From the human T2T-CHM13v2.0 reference genome, Homo sapiens, in the NCBI RefSeq assembly GCF_009914755.1, contig NC_060945.1: 64,000 nucleotides of DNA; one strand, 5' to 3'. The notes beneath the pieces are model-generated. The model did not search any database, was not told where the DNA came from, and worked only from the letters and a program-made list of their open reading frames with translations. The position numbers were made by a program, and so were the translations under genes. This document shows, piece by piece, positions 28,275 through 42,300 of the stretch. Every line of letters begins with the position of its first letter. Position 1 is the stretch's first letter.

Positions 28275-28460
28275 AATTTACTCACTCAAGAATTCTTTGA
28301 GGGCCTACTATGTATTAGAGAAACCATTCTCTATGCTGAGGAGTCAAGATTGAGGAAGTTTCCATCATAGATCTTTCATTTCTAATAAATAAGGAATAAA
28401 TTAAAGAAAATACTTGATACTTACAAGAGCTATGAATAAAATAAACTAATGATATAATAA
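28275..28460 (-). mobile_element. L2 3'-end fragment
   Basis: 'actcactcaagaattctttgagggcctactatgt...tgctgaggagtcaag'. Confidence 0.55.
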
Positions 28461-28589
28461 CACCGCAGTGTGGCTACACATGACTTCAAAATACACTTGT
28501 TGGGAATTTGCCACTGCCTGTGGCAAGTTCCCTTTCTACTTCACTTGTAATTCTATTACAGTATTTATCACCTGTGGGGCATATATACG

Positions 28590-28712
28590 CATATATGCCC
28601 ATGTACACCTGTGAATTCCTTAAGAGCAGAAACTCATTTAAATGCATATTTCTGGTACTAGCATATTGTCCTCTATATGTAATACATGTGTACTAAATAT
28701 TTATTAAATATA
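28590..28712 (+). mobile_element. L2 3'-end fragment
   Basis: 'ctgtgaattccttaagagcagaaactc...tactaaatatttattaaat'. Confidence 0.55.
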
Positions 28713-30519
28713 TATTTATTTAATAGATAAATTACTGCATCCTCCCATTCTGTCAATTTCTGGGAAACTCCGAAATTAACCCCTCATCTTTAAAAAGCTA
28801 CCTTTATAATTTTTGAAAGGATATGCACAAGTATAAATATGTGTGTATATGAATTCAATACATGCACGGAGTTTCAAAAATCAAATCATACAGAATGGCT
28901 CAAAGGCAAATTATTAGTTTTCTTAGTTGCTTTTCTTAAAGCTTATCCTTGTTCTTCAAAACCATTCGTATTTAAATGCTTTGGTTTATAGTGGCTAAAT
29001 AATATGTTGATATTACTTGTGTATGATTTATCAGGTTTGGCTTCTCATCTTATTCTATTCACATATAAATATTTACATTATTATTTTGGATATTTAAAAC
29101 CATCTTTGAAAGTTGATATTATATTTAAATATTTTCCATCAACTATAGACAGAATCTAGAGGAATAGATTTTTAAGAGGAGAATAGCAGCTCCCCTAATT
29201 TTGCTTTCACTTCTTCACACACTTTCATCCCAACTTCTGTCAAGTAGAAATTTCATTGTCAAGTTTGATAACATTTACATTGTCTTTGATAAATGTACTT
29301 AAATCTTCCATTCCTCTCTACAAGAGGATTGCCAGAATTAAAAGATAATGATCTTCAGCATTACATAATAGCACAAAATGCAAGTAAAAAAGAAACAAAA
29401 ACTTTAAGAAGAAAAAGGCTAATAAAACAGTTGTGATACAAAAATTAAAGAACTAGTCAATTTGTTAAGGAAGCCAGTGAGTCCAATAATAAGGGTAAGA
29501 TAGAATAATAGAAGATGCTAAGAACTGACATTAAGGTGGATATTAAGAAGGAATGATATTAAAAATATCGTCAAAACAGCGTGTGTTCTTTCTCTTAATA
29601 AAAAAAATCAATCAATCAATCAATTAGAAATCCAGGAAGTATCAAAAATATATAACATATTACAAAAGCCCAGGTATGAAGTTAATTATACAGTCGGGTG
29701 ATTGTCATGAGCAACTTGTGAATTGTAACGAGGGACAAAGAATCAATTTCAACATCGCCCTTTAAACGGCAAAGGCACTGTTAAATTTGAACCATAGGGA
29801 AGAAAATGTGCTTGTTGTCTCAGTACTTGTTCTATGGGGCATGTTTATGACATTACAGTAAGAGAGGAGTTCTTGGTCTTTTTCCCTCTAATGCAAAACT
29901 AACATCCCGCTAAATGCATTTTTTTAAAACGTAGTAGTGATACATTTGAAATATCTAATTAGTTAATGTCTTTTATTTAAACTGGATGGAACTATATTCC
30001 TAATCACTTTGCTATCTTAAGCATATAGATGTATAAATTGTAATTTAAAAGTTCGTGCTGATATAAAAGAGGACAAATCGAAATCATTTGGAAAAATTTC
30101 TTCAAATAGTTTTTATACCAATGACTCTGCTTAGTTTAAGCCAATTAGAGAATAAATGGGATTGAATTAACAGGCAGAATATTTTTGACTTTATCATCAG
30201 CAAATTCAGATATCATTTAAATCAGGTCAGTGACAAAATTAATTTCATACGCATTCTCTCTGCTTTTCAGTATCAAATTTAATTGATATTTTTTCTTATT
30301 TTCACTCCAAATACTTCCACCCTTCTGAAACTCCCACTCCCTGTCCACACCAATCCTGAACACATTACCATGATAGTAATGTCTTTACGTAAGTAACTTG
30401 ATCTCCTCCCCCTAGAATATTATTCCCTAAATTTTCACAAGACTGACATATTGTGATTAAGATTTTGGTTTAAATGTCACCTCCTCAAGGAAATATTTTG
30501 TATTTTTTCAAATTAAACT

Positions 30520-31228
30520 TTAACGTGAGAATACTCTCAAGTACCTTCCAAAGAAAATAAATAGGTGACAAATTTCATAATCTGAACTATTCTTGTTCTA
30601 TCCCACAGTTGATTGATGGTTTATGGAATTCTTGACTGAAAATAATTTACTCTTACAAATCTGAAGAAATTGCTCAGTGGAATTCTAGCATCCGGTTGGA
30701 TGATAAGAAATTTTCTAGTAATCGGTTTCTCGTTTCTTTGTAACTGACTTGTTTTGCTTTCTCTCCAGGAAATGTTTAGGATTTTTGTTTTCAGCTTAAC
30801 TGTTCATTGATTCTGAGATTAAATATCTAGAATATTTGTACTGGAAGGTTTTCTGGTGGGGTAGGAAATTTTCTTACATTATTTAAAAATATTTTCTTTT
30901 TTTCTGTTCTTTTTTTTTCTATGATCTCTTGTTAGATCTTCTGTTAACTAACAGAAGTAGATTTCTAGAACTCCCAGAAGTTAATCTTTATACGTATCTT
31001 ATTAGTTGACATTTGAAAAACTATGGTTTAACAATCTAGAATGGCTAACTGATATTTCTAAAACTTTTTAGTTAGATTAGTGTTTCTAGAACTCCTACTT
31101 ATTGAAATGATAATTTCTGTTTTTGTTTTTCTTTTTTATGTCTTACTACTTTATCTCTCTGTTCTAAATTCTGAGATATTTCCATGTCTTTATTTCCAGT
31201 GCCCTCAGCTTGATTTTTGTTTAAGCAA
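30520..31228 (-). mobile_element. Old L1M 5'/ORF1-region fragment
   Basis: 'ggaattcttgactgaaaataattt..ttctagcatcc..gataagaaatt..gtttctttgtaactgacttgttttgctttctctcc..ttaggattttt' resembles antisense L1M ORF1. Confidence 0.6.
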
Positions 31229-31593
31229 TAATATGGTTTGGCTGTGTCCCCATCTCATCTTGAATTGTAGCTCCCCTAATTCCCATGTGTCATGGGAGGG
31301 ACCCTGGTGGGAGGTAATGAGGTAATTGAATCATGGTGGATGGTTTTTGCCGGGCTGTTCTGGTGATAGTGAGTAAGTCTCATGAGATCTGCCAGTTGAT
31401 AAAGGGGAGTTCCTCTGCACATGCTCTCTCTTGCCAGCTGCCGTGTAAGACCTGGCTTGCTTCCCCTTTGCTTTCTGCCATGATTGTGAGGCCTCCCCAG
31501 CCATGTGGAACAGTGAGTCAATTAAACCTTTTCTTTATAAATTACTCAGTTTGGGGTATGTCTTTATTAGCAGCACGAGAACAAACTAATACA
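31229..31593 (+). mobile_element. THE1C-like solo LTR
   Basis: taatatggtttggctgtgtcccc...ctaataca; partial TSD agcaa/agccg. Confidence 0.93.
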
Positions 31594-31684
31594 AGCCGTC
31601 ATTTTTTTTTATGTTTGACTTCCTTCTTACTCTCTTATAGTTTGCTTTTCATATTACTCTGGTCTTATGTTTTGTCTTAAACAT

Positions 31685-32098
31685 AGTGGGTTTAACTCAT
31701 GTTTACTCAGAACCTCTACATGCAAATTTATTTGGAAATATGATCTTTACAGATGTAGTTAAGATGAAGTCACATTGGATTAGGATGGACTGTAAATCCA
31801 ATGACTAGTGTTTCTATGAGGTGAAATGACACACAGATACAGACCGAGACAACATGTGAGGATACAGCAGAAATTAGCATTATGCAGCCAGAGGCCAAGA
31901 GCACCAAGGATTGCAAGGAGCAACTAGAAGCCAACAAGAGTCAAGAACAGGTTCTTCCCTACGGCTTTCATGGGGATCATAACCTTGCTGACACCTTGAA
32001 TTTGAACTTTAGTCCCCTAAACTGTAATTGAATAAGCTTCTGTTTTAAGCCACTCAGTTTGTGATAATATATGATGGGAGCACTAGTAAACTAATACA
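31685..32098 (+). mobile_element. MLT1C-like LTR
   Basis: 'ttatttggaaatatgatctttacagatgtagttaagatgaagtca...ccaaggattgc...gacaccttgaatttgaac...aaactaataca'. Confidence 0.85.
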
Positions 32099-32855
32099 CT
32101 AAGTTTCTATTCAATACTATATAGAGGTTTGTTTTTATTTTAGTTATTTTCTATTGTCTTAATAATTGTTCTTTCCACATTATTTTGTTAGCTTTTTGTT
32201 GTCCTTGAAGAGAGGCTATCAAAAGCATCTAAAATTCTTTTTATTAAGTGTTCAGATTTAAGAAAAAAGTAGTGTAAAGGCTAAGTAGGGTTCTGAGTAG
32301 ATAGGGGAAACCTGTCACCTGTTAAATTTTAAATGGTTATGACAGATGCCGCATGATAGTTGGCTTTGTTCTGTGGCACTGACATCAACAATATTTGTCC
32401 TTCTGTTTCTCAGGGATTTTATCTACTTTCTTTGGAAAGAAAACCTCCAGTACTTCCTGTCAATAGCATCATTTTCCCAAACACTGTACTTCAGAATCAT
32501 GGGCTCTTCTTTGAACCCTCCTGTCCATTTATTCTCCGTACCCAAATCTTCTTAACTTTTCCTTTAAATTCTCTCCCACCACTGTCAATGCATTTAATTT
32601 CCTGATGTTTTCAGTGAACTTTTAAGCCTTTGTTATTTGATGCCTGAACGTTATCAGGAAAATTTTATCTTCTTTTTCCTCCAAACCCCCTTTCATTTTA
32701 TATGCCACTACCAAATTCATCTTAAAACACTTCCTTTTTAAATCACTTATTCTTTCCAAAACCTCAGGAGCTTTCCTTAACCTTAGACTAAGCCCTGTGC
32801 TTTGGGATCCCCAGGGTTTTCTAACCTCCTTGATCTGATCTTCAATGGTCTCTTA

Positions 32856-32934
32856 ATCTTAGCATCCCCTAGTAGAGCTTGGATACTGGCTCCAATAATC
32901 TTACCATCCCCAGGTAGAGCTACTGGCTCCAATA
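32856..32934 (+). repeat. Imperfect tandem duplication (42 + 37 bp)
   Basis: atcttagcatcccctagtagagcttggatactggctccaata / atcttaccatccccaggtagagctactggctccaata. Confidence 0.9.
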
Positions 32935-33639
32935 AACTGATCTACTCACTTAAGTCCCCAAATGCTTCTATCTCACTTCCTTTTACCCATTTGTTTGTTT
33001 GTGTTAACTAACCAAGAGTACTTTTTCCTCTTTTTGGCAACCCACAATTCTAAAACCCTTCAGTGCCTCATCTATAAAAATATACCTACACACTTCATTC
33101 CACATGAATCCTTATGAAATATTTTAGTCAATGATGAACGAATGATCATCTATCATATCATTCATCATGGACCAAGGTGTGTCACAGTATTATCTTTTCA
33201 TGTTGATTCATAATCTGAGAAGATCCTACTCTGCATTTATTTTACACATTTGACGCAAAGGCCTGAATACTTGATTCCTTAAATACATCTATAAAATTTT
33301 AAGGATAGAAAGTAACAATATAATAAGCCATTATTCAGTGTATTTGATTTTAAGATGAAGGCTTAAAGTAACCTTATTTATGTGTGTTTAATTAACTGAA
33401 CGGTGAAAAGTTCTAATATGGATGTTCAACATTACACTTGGTAGAGTTACCATAAAGATGTGACTAAAGAGGCACAAGATGTCTCCTTAAAAAAAATAGA
33501 TTATGAGTGTGGGTATAGTAGAAACATAAGAAAAATACTCAGTTTCTACCTCCCTTGCTAGAAGATCATATCTCTCATTACACAAATTTTAAACACCAGA
33601 TACTTTCCCAGCCTGTTTTATTAGTAAGCCAGGGGCTGT

Positions 33640-34800
<1,161 letters not shown>

Positions 34801-34874
34801 TTAATCCTGACCAACAGAACTGCTTGGGAGATCTGAGAACTGGGATTCCATGATAAAAATCAAGAAATATGCAA

Positions 34875-35130
34875 GCGTCCATTTCCTTCCTACTTTTGAT
34901 GATGTTTTTTGAGGATGTGATGTTGGAAACTCTGTAGCCTTCTTGGAACCATAAGCAGAGGCATCAGTAACACTCTATGGAAGGGAGAGTAGAATGCTCC
35001 AGAAAGCCAGGACATTTGGTGTTGTGTAGCTAACCAATTCTAACTTTGTTTCTTGATTAGTCAACAAAAAGTGTTTATGCCCTGTTTATTTCTCTATGAT
35101 GTAACCTGTAGCCCAAATCATTCTGGACAT
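34875..35130 (+). mobile_element. LTR33/LTR16-like ERVL LTR fragment
   Basis: 'gaggatgtgatgttggaaactctgtagccttcttggaaccat' and 'acctgtagcccaaatcattct'. Confidence 0.5.
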
Positions 35131-35289
35131 GAGTAAAGCAAGCTTGATCCTGATGTCTACTCAAATAATATGGCAAACAATCTTAATGAGAGCCAAAAGG
35201 AGTGAGAAATTGGATGTTTGTGAACACAAGGAATGGGAATCATGAGAGAGGTTGCTAAAATTTGGGCAGTGAGAGACAGAATAGCATGA

Positions 35290-35510
35290 ATAGGGGCACA
35301 GAAGCTCAGCCTGGTAAAGTAAGATCTGTGAGTATCTGGGTTCTAAGCTTGTTCTGTCTCTCACTAGTTTTATGGTTAACTAATTTAACCTATTGGGGCC
35401 TCAGATTCTTGCAAAATGGGAACAATAATAGTACTTAGAATGTTGCTGGGAAGATTATCTGTGACGATGAGTGCATGACACTTGTCTACACTGCTTGTTT
35501 TTGAGATTAT
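35290..35510 (+). mobile_element. MIR
   Basis: 'tctgggttctaagcttg..cactag..atttaacctattggggcctcagattctt..aaaatgggaacaataatagtac'. Confidence 0.7.
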
Positions 35511-36606
35511 TATTACGGTTTAGGATCTAAAATGCCAACATGGAGTGGAGTGTGGGGGGTATGCACTTAATTTGAGAGGCAAGTAGGAGACATTTTATTT
35601 TTATTATGTTAACTGAGAGCATTTTGCAAAAGTAGCAAAGAACCAGAGCTAATAGACTTCTTTCCTCCTTCCCTTACAAGGGAAGCCAAGTAACGATATA
35701 TTGAATATAATTTTGTTCAACAAATATTTGAAACCATAGTTGGTTTTCTTTGTTTTGAGCAGTTAATTTTCTGTACCAAAGAGGTTTGAGAGGAAAGGAT
35801 GAGAGTTCTCTTCCTTTTACAGCCAAAGTAAGTAATTCCTTATACTTTATCTAATGCCCAAAATGCCAGAAGCTTACAGGATAAGGGTAATTATTAAAAT
35901 GAATACACTTCATTTTGCTTATAAACGTAGTTTGTGTTTCTCATTATTGCACCCGATCTATAACCACATTTACAGTAAAACTAAATGATCTGTATAATGC
36001 TGAATATGTAAATAAGTATATAATCTGTTGAAAATATCTAAAAACATTTTACAGACATTTATACTCTGTATTCTGGACTGATAATTCTTAATCATATTTA
36101 GTGTCTTTAATGTTAAATACTGCCAATGTTAAATGGCAGTTAAAATAGCAACCATGCTCATTTCTTCCAAATTTCTTTGCTGTGGACACTTTCAGGCTGT
36201 AGCTGAACTGTACAGAAAGATTTTTCTGGATCAAATCATCAGGAAGTTCAGTAACTTTTTTGAACTTGGAAAAGTTAAGGTTGATATGTGAACATATCTG
36301 TTCACAGTTGTTACATTCCATGTGAAAATAGCCAGTTCCAAGGGAATCATCTGCCTTTTGGCACCTCTTTCTACAAGAAACAAAATTGAGTGCAATTCTT
36401 TATTATCTCCAATTTGCTTTAACGAAGTCATTGGAAATTTAGGAAGTAGGGAGTGATACATTTCCTAAGAAATTTACTTATGATTCTTTGAACAACTTAT
36501 AATACAATATGTTTAATGATAAAAGGAGACTATAGAGTCCAAACTTTCCTCTGCCTTTCATATTGTAAAAGTTTAGACCTACTGAATATATATTTATTTC
36601 TCTCTC

Positions 36607-36673
36607 TTTTTTTTTTTTTTTTTTTTTGAGACGGAGGTTCACTCTTGCTGCCCAGGCTGGAGTGCAGTAGCAC
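36607..36673 (-). mobile_element. Severely 5'-truncated Alu (~46-bp body plus tail)
   Basis: Poly-T + 'gagacggaggttcactcttgctgcccaggctggagtgcagtagcac', flanked by tatttctct at 36595 and 36674. Confidence 0.88.
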
Positions 36674-36840
36674 TATTTCTCTTTTCTACAGTCAACTTGA
36701 CGAAAGTCGGACTTTTTCTGTAGTTTTTCTAATTAAATTGATGTGGTTTACCTATAGAAAGGTAATTTCGAAATAATTCAAAAAATATATCAGCATCCTT
36801 TATAAATGCAAAGAGCAATCACAGAAAATTTTCATAACAT

Positions 36841-37110
36841 CCGATAAGATCTGGCTCTCCTTTTTAATTTGTAAATAACTAGAGGATGAAGCCCCTTTCA
36901 CAGGCCACTTTCATGAAGCGGTGTTGTTTTCAGCAGGTTATCGTTTAATCATTAACTGAAGAGACAGATCTGGGACTAAAATATAGTTCAATTCCATATG
37001 GTGTCTGCATTCCTTGGGCATGACGCAAACATGTTCATTGAGGAAGTTAACAGTCACTACAAAGCCGGCCAAGCTGTCGTAGTGTAAAAATTTGGAGATT
37101 ATTTGCAGTA
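36841..37110. promoter_or_regulatory. Candidate enhancer (HNF1, forkhead, C/EBP-ATF, GATA, ETS motifs)
   Basis: Motif cluster in apparently non-repetitive DNA with locally retained CpGs; motif-based only. Confidence 0.35.
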
Positions 37111-37652
37111 TAATTTTTACTAAAGAAAAAGAAATGAGAAAAGAGCAGAGTCATTCATGTAATAATAATACTGGAAAATGTTTTCACTGAAAATATTTTA
37201 AAATTCTAAAGAATAATTACTGAAATCCCTCCTTGATTAACAAAACTTTGTCTGCTGTGCTCACTTTCTTGACCTTATTTAACTTAAACTTCCACTCAGG
37301 TGCATTTTCTGCAGAGGATCTCAGAGTGGACGCACATCCTTTAAAGAGCCTGTAAGATTCCATAAAAGAATATTTTTCTCCAAATTCACCCAGATTCATC
37401 CAGCTCCCTATTTCCAAGATTCTCATGCATCTCACTCTTAAAAATTATTGGCTTAATAGATCTTTTAAACTGATGGAAAGGCAGTGTGTTTTGTTCTTTA
37501 AATGTTTTAAGGTATAAAAATGTTGACTACTATTAATCTTATGCCAGATTATTCTGATACAATTACAATTCATGTGTCTACTTCATATTTATTATTGACT
37601 TTCTTCCTCCAGCTTGTAGTCCAGGTCTAATTGCAAATTTCTCATCATATTT

Positions 37653-37957
<305 letters not shown>

Positions 37958-38196
37958 TCATTGTATTTTAAATAAATGCATAGGTTTTCATTTTTCCTCA
38001 ACATAATTAACTTCAATACTACCATTGCCTCTGTTTTATCTATTTTCTCTCACATTCCTGTAGGGAGTCATAGGGAGTCATTACTTCAACAGAGTAGACT
38101 GTGATAGCATTTTAAAAAGTAAAATAAAATTAAATAGAATTGAAAAAATCAGAATACAAGGCACATGTTAACAGTATTATTATTACTTTGTGAGGG

Positions 38197-38222
38197 GTGT
38201 GTGTGTGTGTGTGTGTGTGTGT
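38197..38222 (+). repeat. (GT)n microsatellite
   Basis: Direct reading. Confidence 0.95.
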
Positions 38223-38799
38223 TTATGTGAATGTTGTGGAGCATGTGGTATTTACATGTCTACTGGGTCAGGATGTAAAATAAATTTCTTACAGTGGATC
38301 CTTTTCACATCTAAAAGATGTGAAAGCCACTACTTTAGTATAAATTACACTAACTTACTGATTTTACATTTCTATTTTTTGTGTGAATAACTGAGTTGTT
38401 TTTATAATTTTAGCTATTCCTATCACAGAAATTATGCATATATCTCTGTCCTTTTCATAAATAGTTAACTTATGACCTCATCAAGAGCCTTCTAACTATC
38501 TCACAGCTGACATGGATTGAAGTGAACATCTACCTTCTCACTGCAATACTTCCCCATTATCTACCTGATGTATTTTTGTTACCATTCTGAGTTTTTCCAA
38601 ATCAAGAATGTTTAATATTTACATTATTTATCCTTTTGTTATCAATTATCTCTTCTTCAGTAAAACACTATATTACTTCAGGCATGTTCTCTATTATGCC
38701 TGAATTTATGAGTTTCTATCTTTTAGGGCTACATAATCTGTGTGTTCTTTGAATGTTTTAAAGCACAGAATGGACGTGTAGTAGACTGATCAGGAACAC

Positions 38800-39015
38800 G
38801 CATACTTCCCAAGTGTAACTAAACTTGTATCTTATCCAGACCACTTAACAGCTATATGAACTATAGAAAGATAATCAACTTTTTTGTACCTCATTTTTCT
38901 CTGCAAAATGGGCCAGTATCAGTAAACTTTATGAGTATAAAGAACAAATGAGTTAATCTATGTAGAGCAATTAGTGTAGGGCCTGGTAAATGGTAATAAC
39001 TTACTAGATTTTAAG
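38800..39015 (+). mobile_element. MIR
   Basis: 'ccacttaacagctatatgaact..cctcatttttctctgcaaaatggg..aaatgagttaatctatgtagagcaattag..gcctgg'. Confidence 0.75.
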
Positions 39016-39304
39016 AATTATTAGAATTTTTTGTGACAATACTTTTCCCTTGAGGGAGTCATCCAAAGTATATTTGTAGTAATAAAGGAATGCATTATGA
39101 CGGCCTATTTAGTTTGCCCATTTTAAACATTTGCCAACAAAACATCTGGAGATGAGCTGGAATCTCAATAAAAGAAGTTGGAGGATAGCAGACAGTAGAA
39201 AAAAAATCCACTCTTATGTACAAACAGAGAATCATCCAGCAAGAAAAAAGCCATCACGATTATTAAAAGCAAAATAAACCAATAATTTTAGCCTGAGAAT
39301 TAAA

Positions 39305-39368
39305 GGAAAGAAATGAGAAAGGAAGGAAGAAAGGGAGGAAAGAAGGAAGGGAAGAAGCCAGGCAGGCA
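39305..39368 (+). repeat. Degenerate (GGAA)n purine tract
   Basis: Direct reading. Confidence 0.8.
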
Positions 39369-42300
39369 ATCGGTAAGTCAAGAATATTGAGAGCACTGCT
39401 GTGTTCTTGAATTGGAAGATTTAATATAAAAAAACACTGTCCAAAATAGACTTAATATAATTCAAAATTAAATTCAGACTTTTAAAATATGAAGCTCATA
39501 TGAAATAATTAAAAAGTGAATAAGTTGATAATTTTTTTAAGTAAGAGTGAAACTTAATAGTTGCTATGCTATGGTTTTGTATAATAAATGTTATTTGAAT
39601 GGCAAAATTAAATATGAAAGCATATTTTAAAGTTACAACAATGAAAACTGTGTCACTGAATCATAGACTGATCATTGAAACAGAGTAAATAGCCGTTAAA
39701 TTGATTCTTGCTTACATAAAAACTTCAAATAAGAAGAATTTTTTATTAGCAAATGATGCAGTAAAATTGATCAGGTAGGCGAGAATGTTAGAGTTTTCCT
39801 CTGTAGCAAGTAAATTGTAAGAATAACAATTCAAAATAAAATAGCAAGGAATTGTTTGGATTAAAAGCAAATGTTGGTTAGTATTTATCTGAGGTAAGGA
39901 CATCTTTATGTATCTAAAGTTCATTCCGACAGATGAAAAGAGGTACCTGTCTGATCTGAATAGCCAGAACACCAGGACGGGAGCATAACAGGGAGGTAGA
40001 TTGCTTTCCTGGTGATCTGAAGGAGAGCTAGGCATCTCCCTCCCTTCCCCCTGAAAAAACCTCAGTGCATTACACTGAAAGCTTCCCCAGCCACCTCTGT
40101 CAAAGCTGGGACTTCTGCCCATCATTGAGGTGTTACATATACCCACTGGCGTTAGCCGCAGCCAGTTTTTATCCATGGACACTTACTACTGGCCTGAAGG
40201 CTGAACTATTTAACCCAGTGAAAAAAAATACTGAGAAAGAAATAAAAGTGTGCATGCCACTGGAGAACAAGGTATGCTTCATGGGATCTGTGCCATTCTG
40301 GCCTCATGGGAGACAGTGAACTTACCCATATATCCAGCACACTGCTACAACCAACATCTGAGAAAAAGTCATCATACAGATATTCTCTACAGGCAAGAAA
40401 CTCATACAGAGCCTTTGCCACTGAAAGCATCCAGAGCCAGAGCTAGGTGACCATAAACTATACACATTAAAGTCACATCCTTAAGGGAAAAAAGTTTAAA
40501 ATAACCCAGTCAAATCAAAAATAAATTAAAAAATAAGAAGAAGAAATAGTGTACCTAAATGAGAAGGAACCAGAAAAAAGTAATACAGGCAATATAAAAA
40601 AACAGACTTCCATAACATGCCCAAAATATCACACTAATGGTCCAGCAGTGGATTCAAACCATAATGAAATCGTTGAAATACCAGAGAAAGAATTCAAAAT
40701 TTTGCCTATTAAATTGCTCAGTGAGGTCCAATAGAAAGTTGAAAACCAGCATAATGAAATAAAAAAAGCAATTCAGGATATGGATGAAAAATTTTATAAA
40801 GAGATACCGATTTTAAAGAAAAACCAAACAGAACTTTTGGAAATGAAAGGTGCATTTAGAAAATTACAACATTCAGTGGAAATTTTTAACAATAGATTAG
40901 ACCAAGCAGAAGAAAGAATTTCAGAGCTTGAAGACAAAGGTTTTGAATTAACCCAATCAGACAAAAATGAAGAAAAAGAATGAAAATAAATTAATAAAGT
41001 TTCTAAAAATGTATATGATTATGTAAAACATCCAAACATAAGAATTGTAGGTTTTCCTTAAGGAGAAGAAAGAGCAAAAAGTTTCAGAAAACCTAATTGA
41101 AGGAATAAATGAGGAAAACTTCCCTGGTCTTTGTAGAGATTTAGACATCCAAATGTAAGAACTTCAAAAAACTCCTGGGAGATTTATTGCAAAACGAAGA
41201 CATCATCAAGGCATATAGTCATCGAACTATCTGCAGTTGATGTGAAATAAATAAATTTAAGAGCAGTGAGAAAAAGCATCAGATGACTCATAAAGGAAAA
41301 GCTATCAGACTAACAGTAGACTTCTCAGTAGAAACTGTACAAGCCAGAATGGATTGAGCTCCTGTCCTTAGATAGGACAAAATACCTGTCAGACAAGAAT
41401 TTGTATCCGGCAAAACTAAGTTTCATTTTAAGGGAGAAATAAAGTCTTTCCCAGACAAGCAAGTCCTGAGGGAGTGTATCCCCAAGAGACCAATCTTATA
41501 AAAAATGCTACAAGGAGTTGTAAATATCTAAACAAAAGGTTGAAATGCTCAAATACAGAAACAATAAAAAGCATAAAAGTATAAAACTCACAGGGCTTAT
41601 AAAGTCGTAATACAATGAAGAAAACAAAGCAACTAAGTAACAATCAATATGATGACAGAAACAGTACCTCACATATCAACATTAAATTGAATGTAAATAG
41701 TCTAAATGACCCACCTTAGTAGATACAGATTAGCAGAATGGATTAAAAAACACAAACCAATGTCTGCTATCTTCAAGAGATACACCTAACTCATAAAGAT
41801 TCTTACAGACTCAAGAGAAATGGGTAGAAAAAAAGTATTTCATGCAAATAGAAACCAAAAATTATCAGGGGTAGCTATCCTTATATCGGCTAAAAACAGA
41901 CTGTATAGAAACAACAACAACAAAAAAAGACAAAGAAGGTTGTTATATAATGCCAAAGGGAACAATTCAACCAGAAAATATGACAATCCTAAATACATGT
42001 GCATGTAATTTCAGAGCTCCCAAATTTATAAAATAAATACTACTAGACCTAAAAAAAGAATTAGACTGCAACACAATAATAGTAGGGGATTTCAACACTC
42101 TACTGACAGCACTTAGCAGATTATTGAGGAAGAAAATCAAAAAAAGAAACACTGGACTTAAACTAAACTCTAGAAGAAATGGATGTAACAGAGATTTATA
42201 GAACTTTCTACCGCAAAACAAGAATAGGCATTCTTCTCATCAGCACATGGGATATTCTCCTTGGTTGACCATATGATAGGCCACAAAACAAGTCTCAATA

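Noticed and set aside
36119-36140. Hairpin actgcca-N8-tggcagt
   Set aside because: A 7-bp stem is expected by chance in 64 kb and is too short for a pre-miRNA
36088-36461. Overlapping - strand ORFs (77 and 76 aa, with a CxxC) as a pseudogene or transposase relic
   Set aside because: No recognisable family motif, splice structure or poly(A)/TSD; length is within chance expectation. A tBLASTx search would settle it
39712-40182. 156-aa antisense ORF over the L1PB 5' UTR (ORF0-like?)
   Set aside because: Runs across the L1 boundary into older debris; no resemblance to L1PA ORF0
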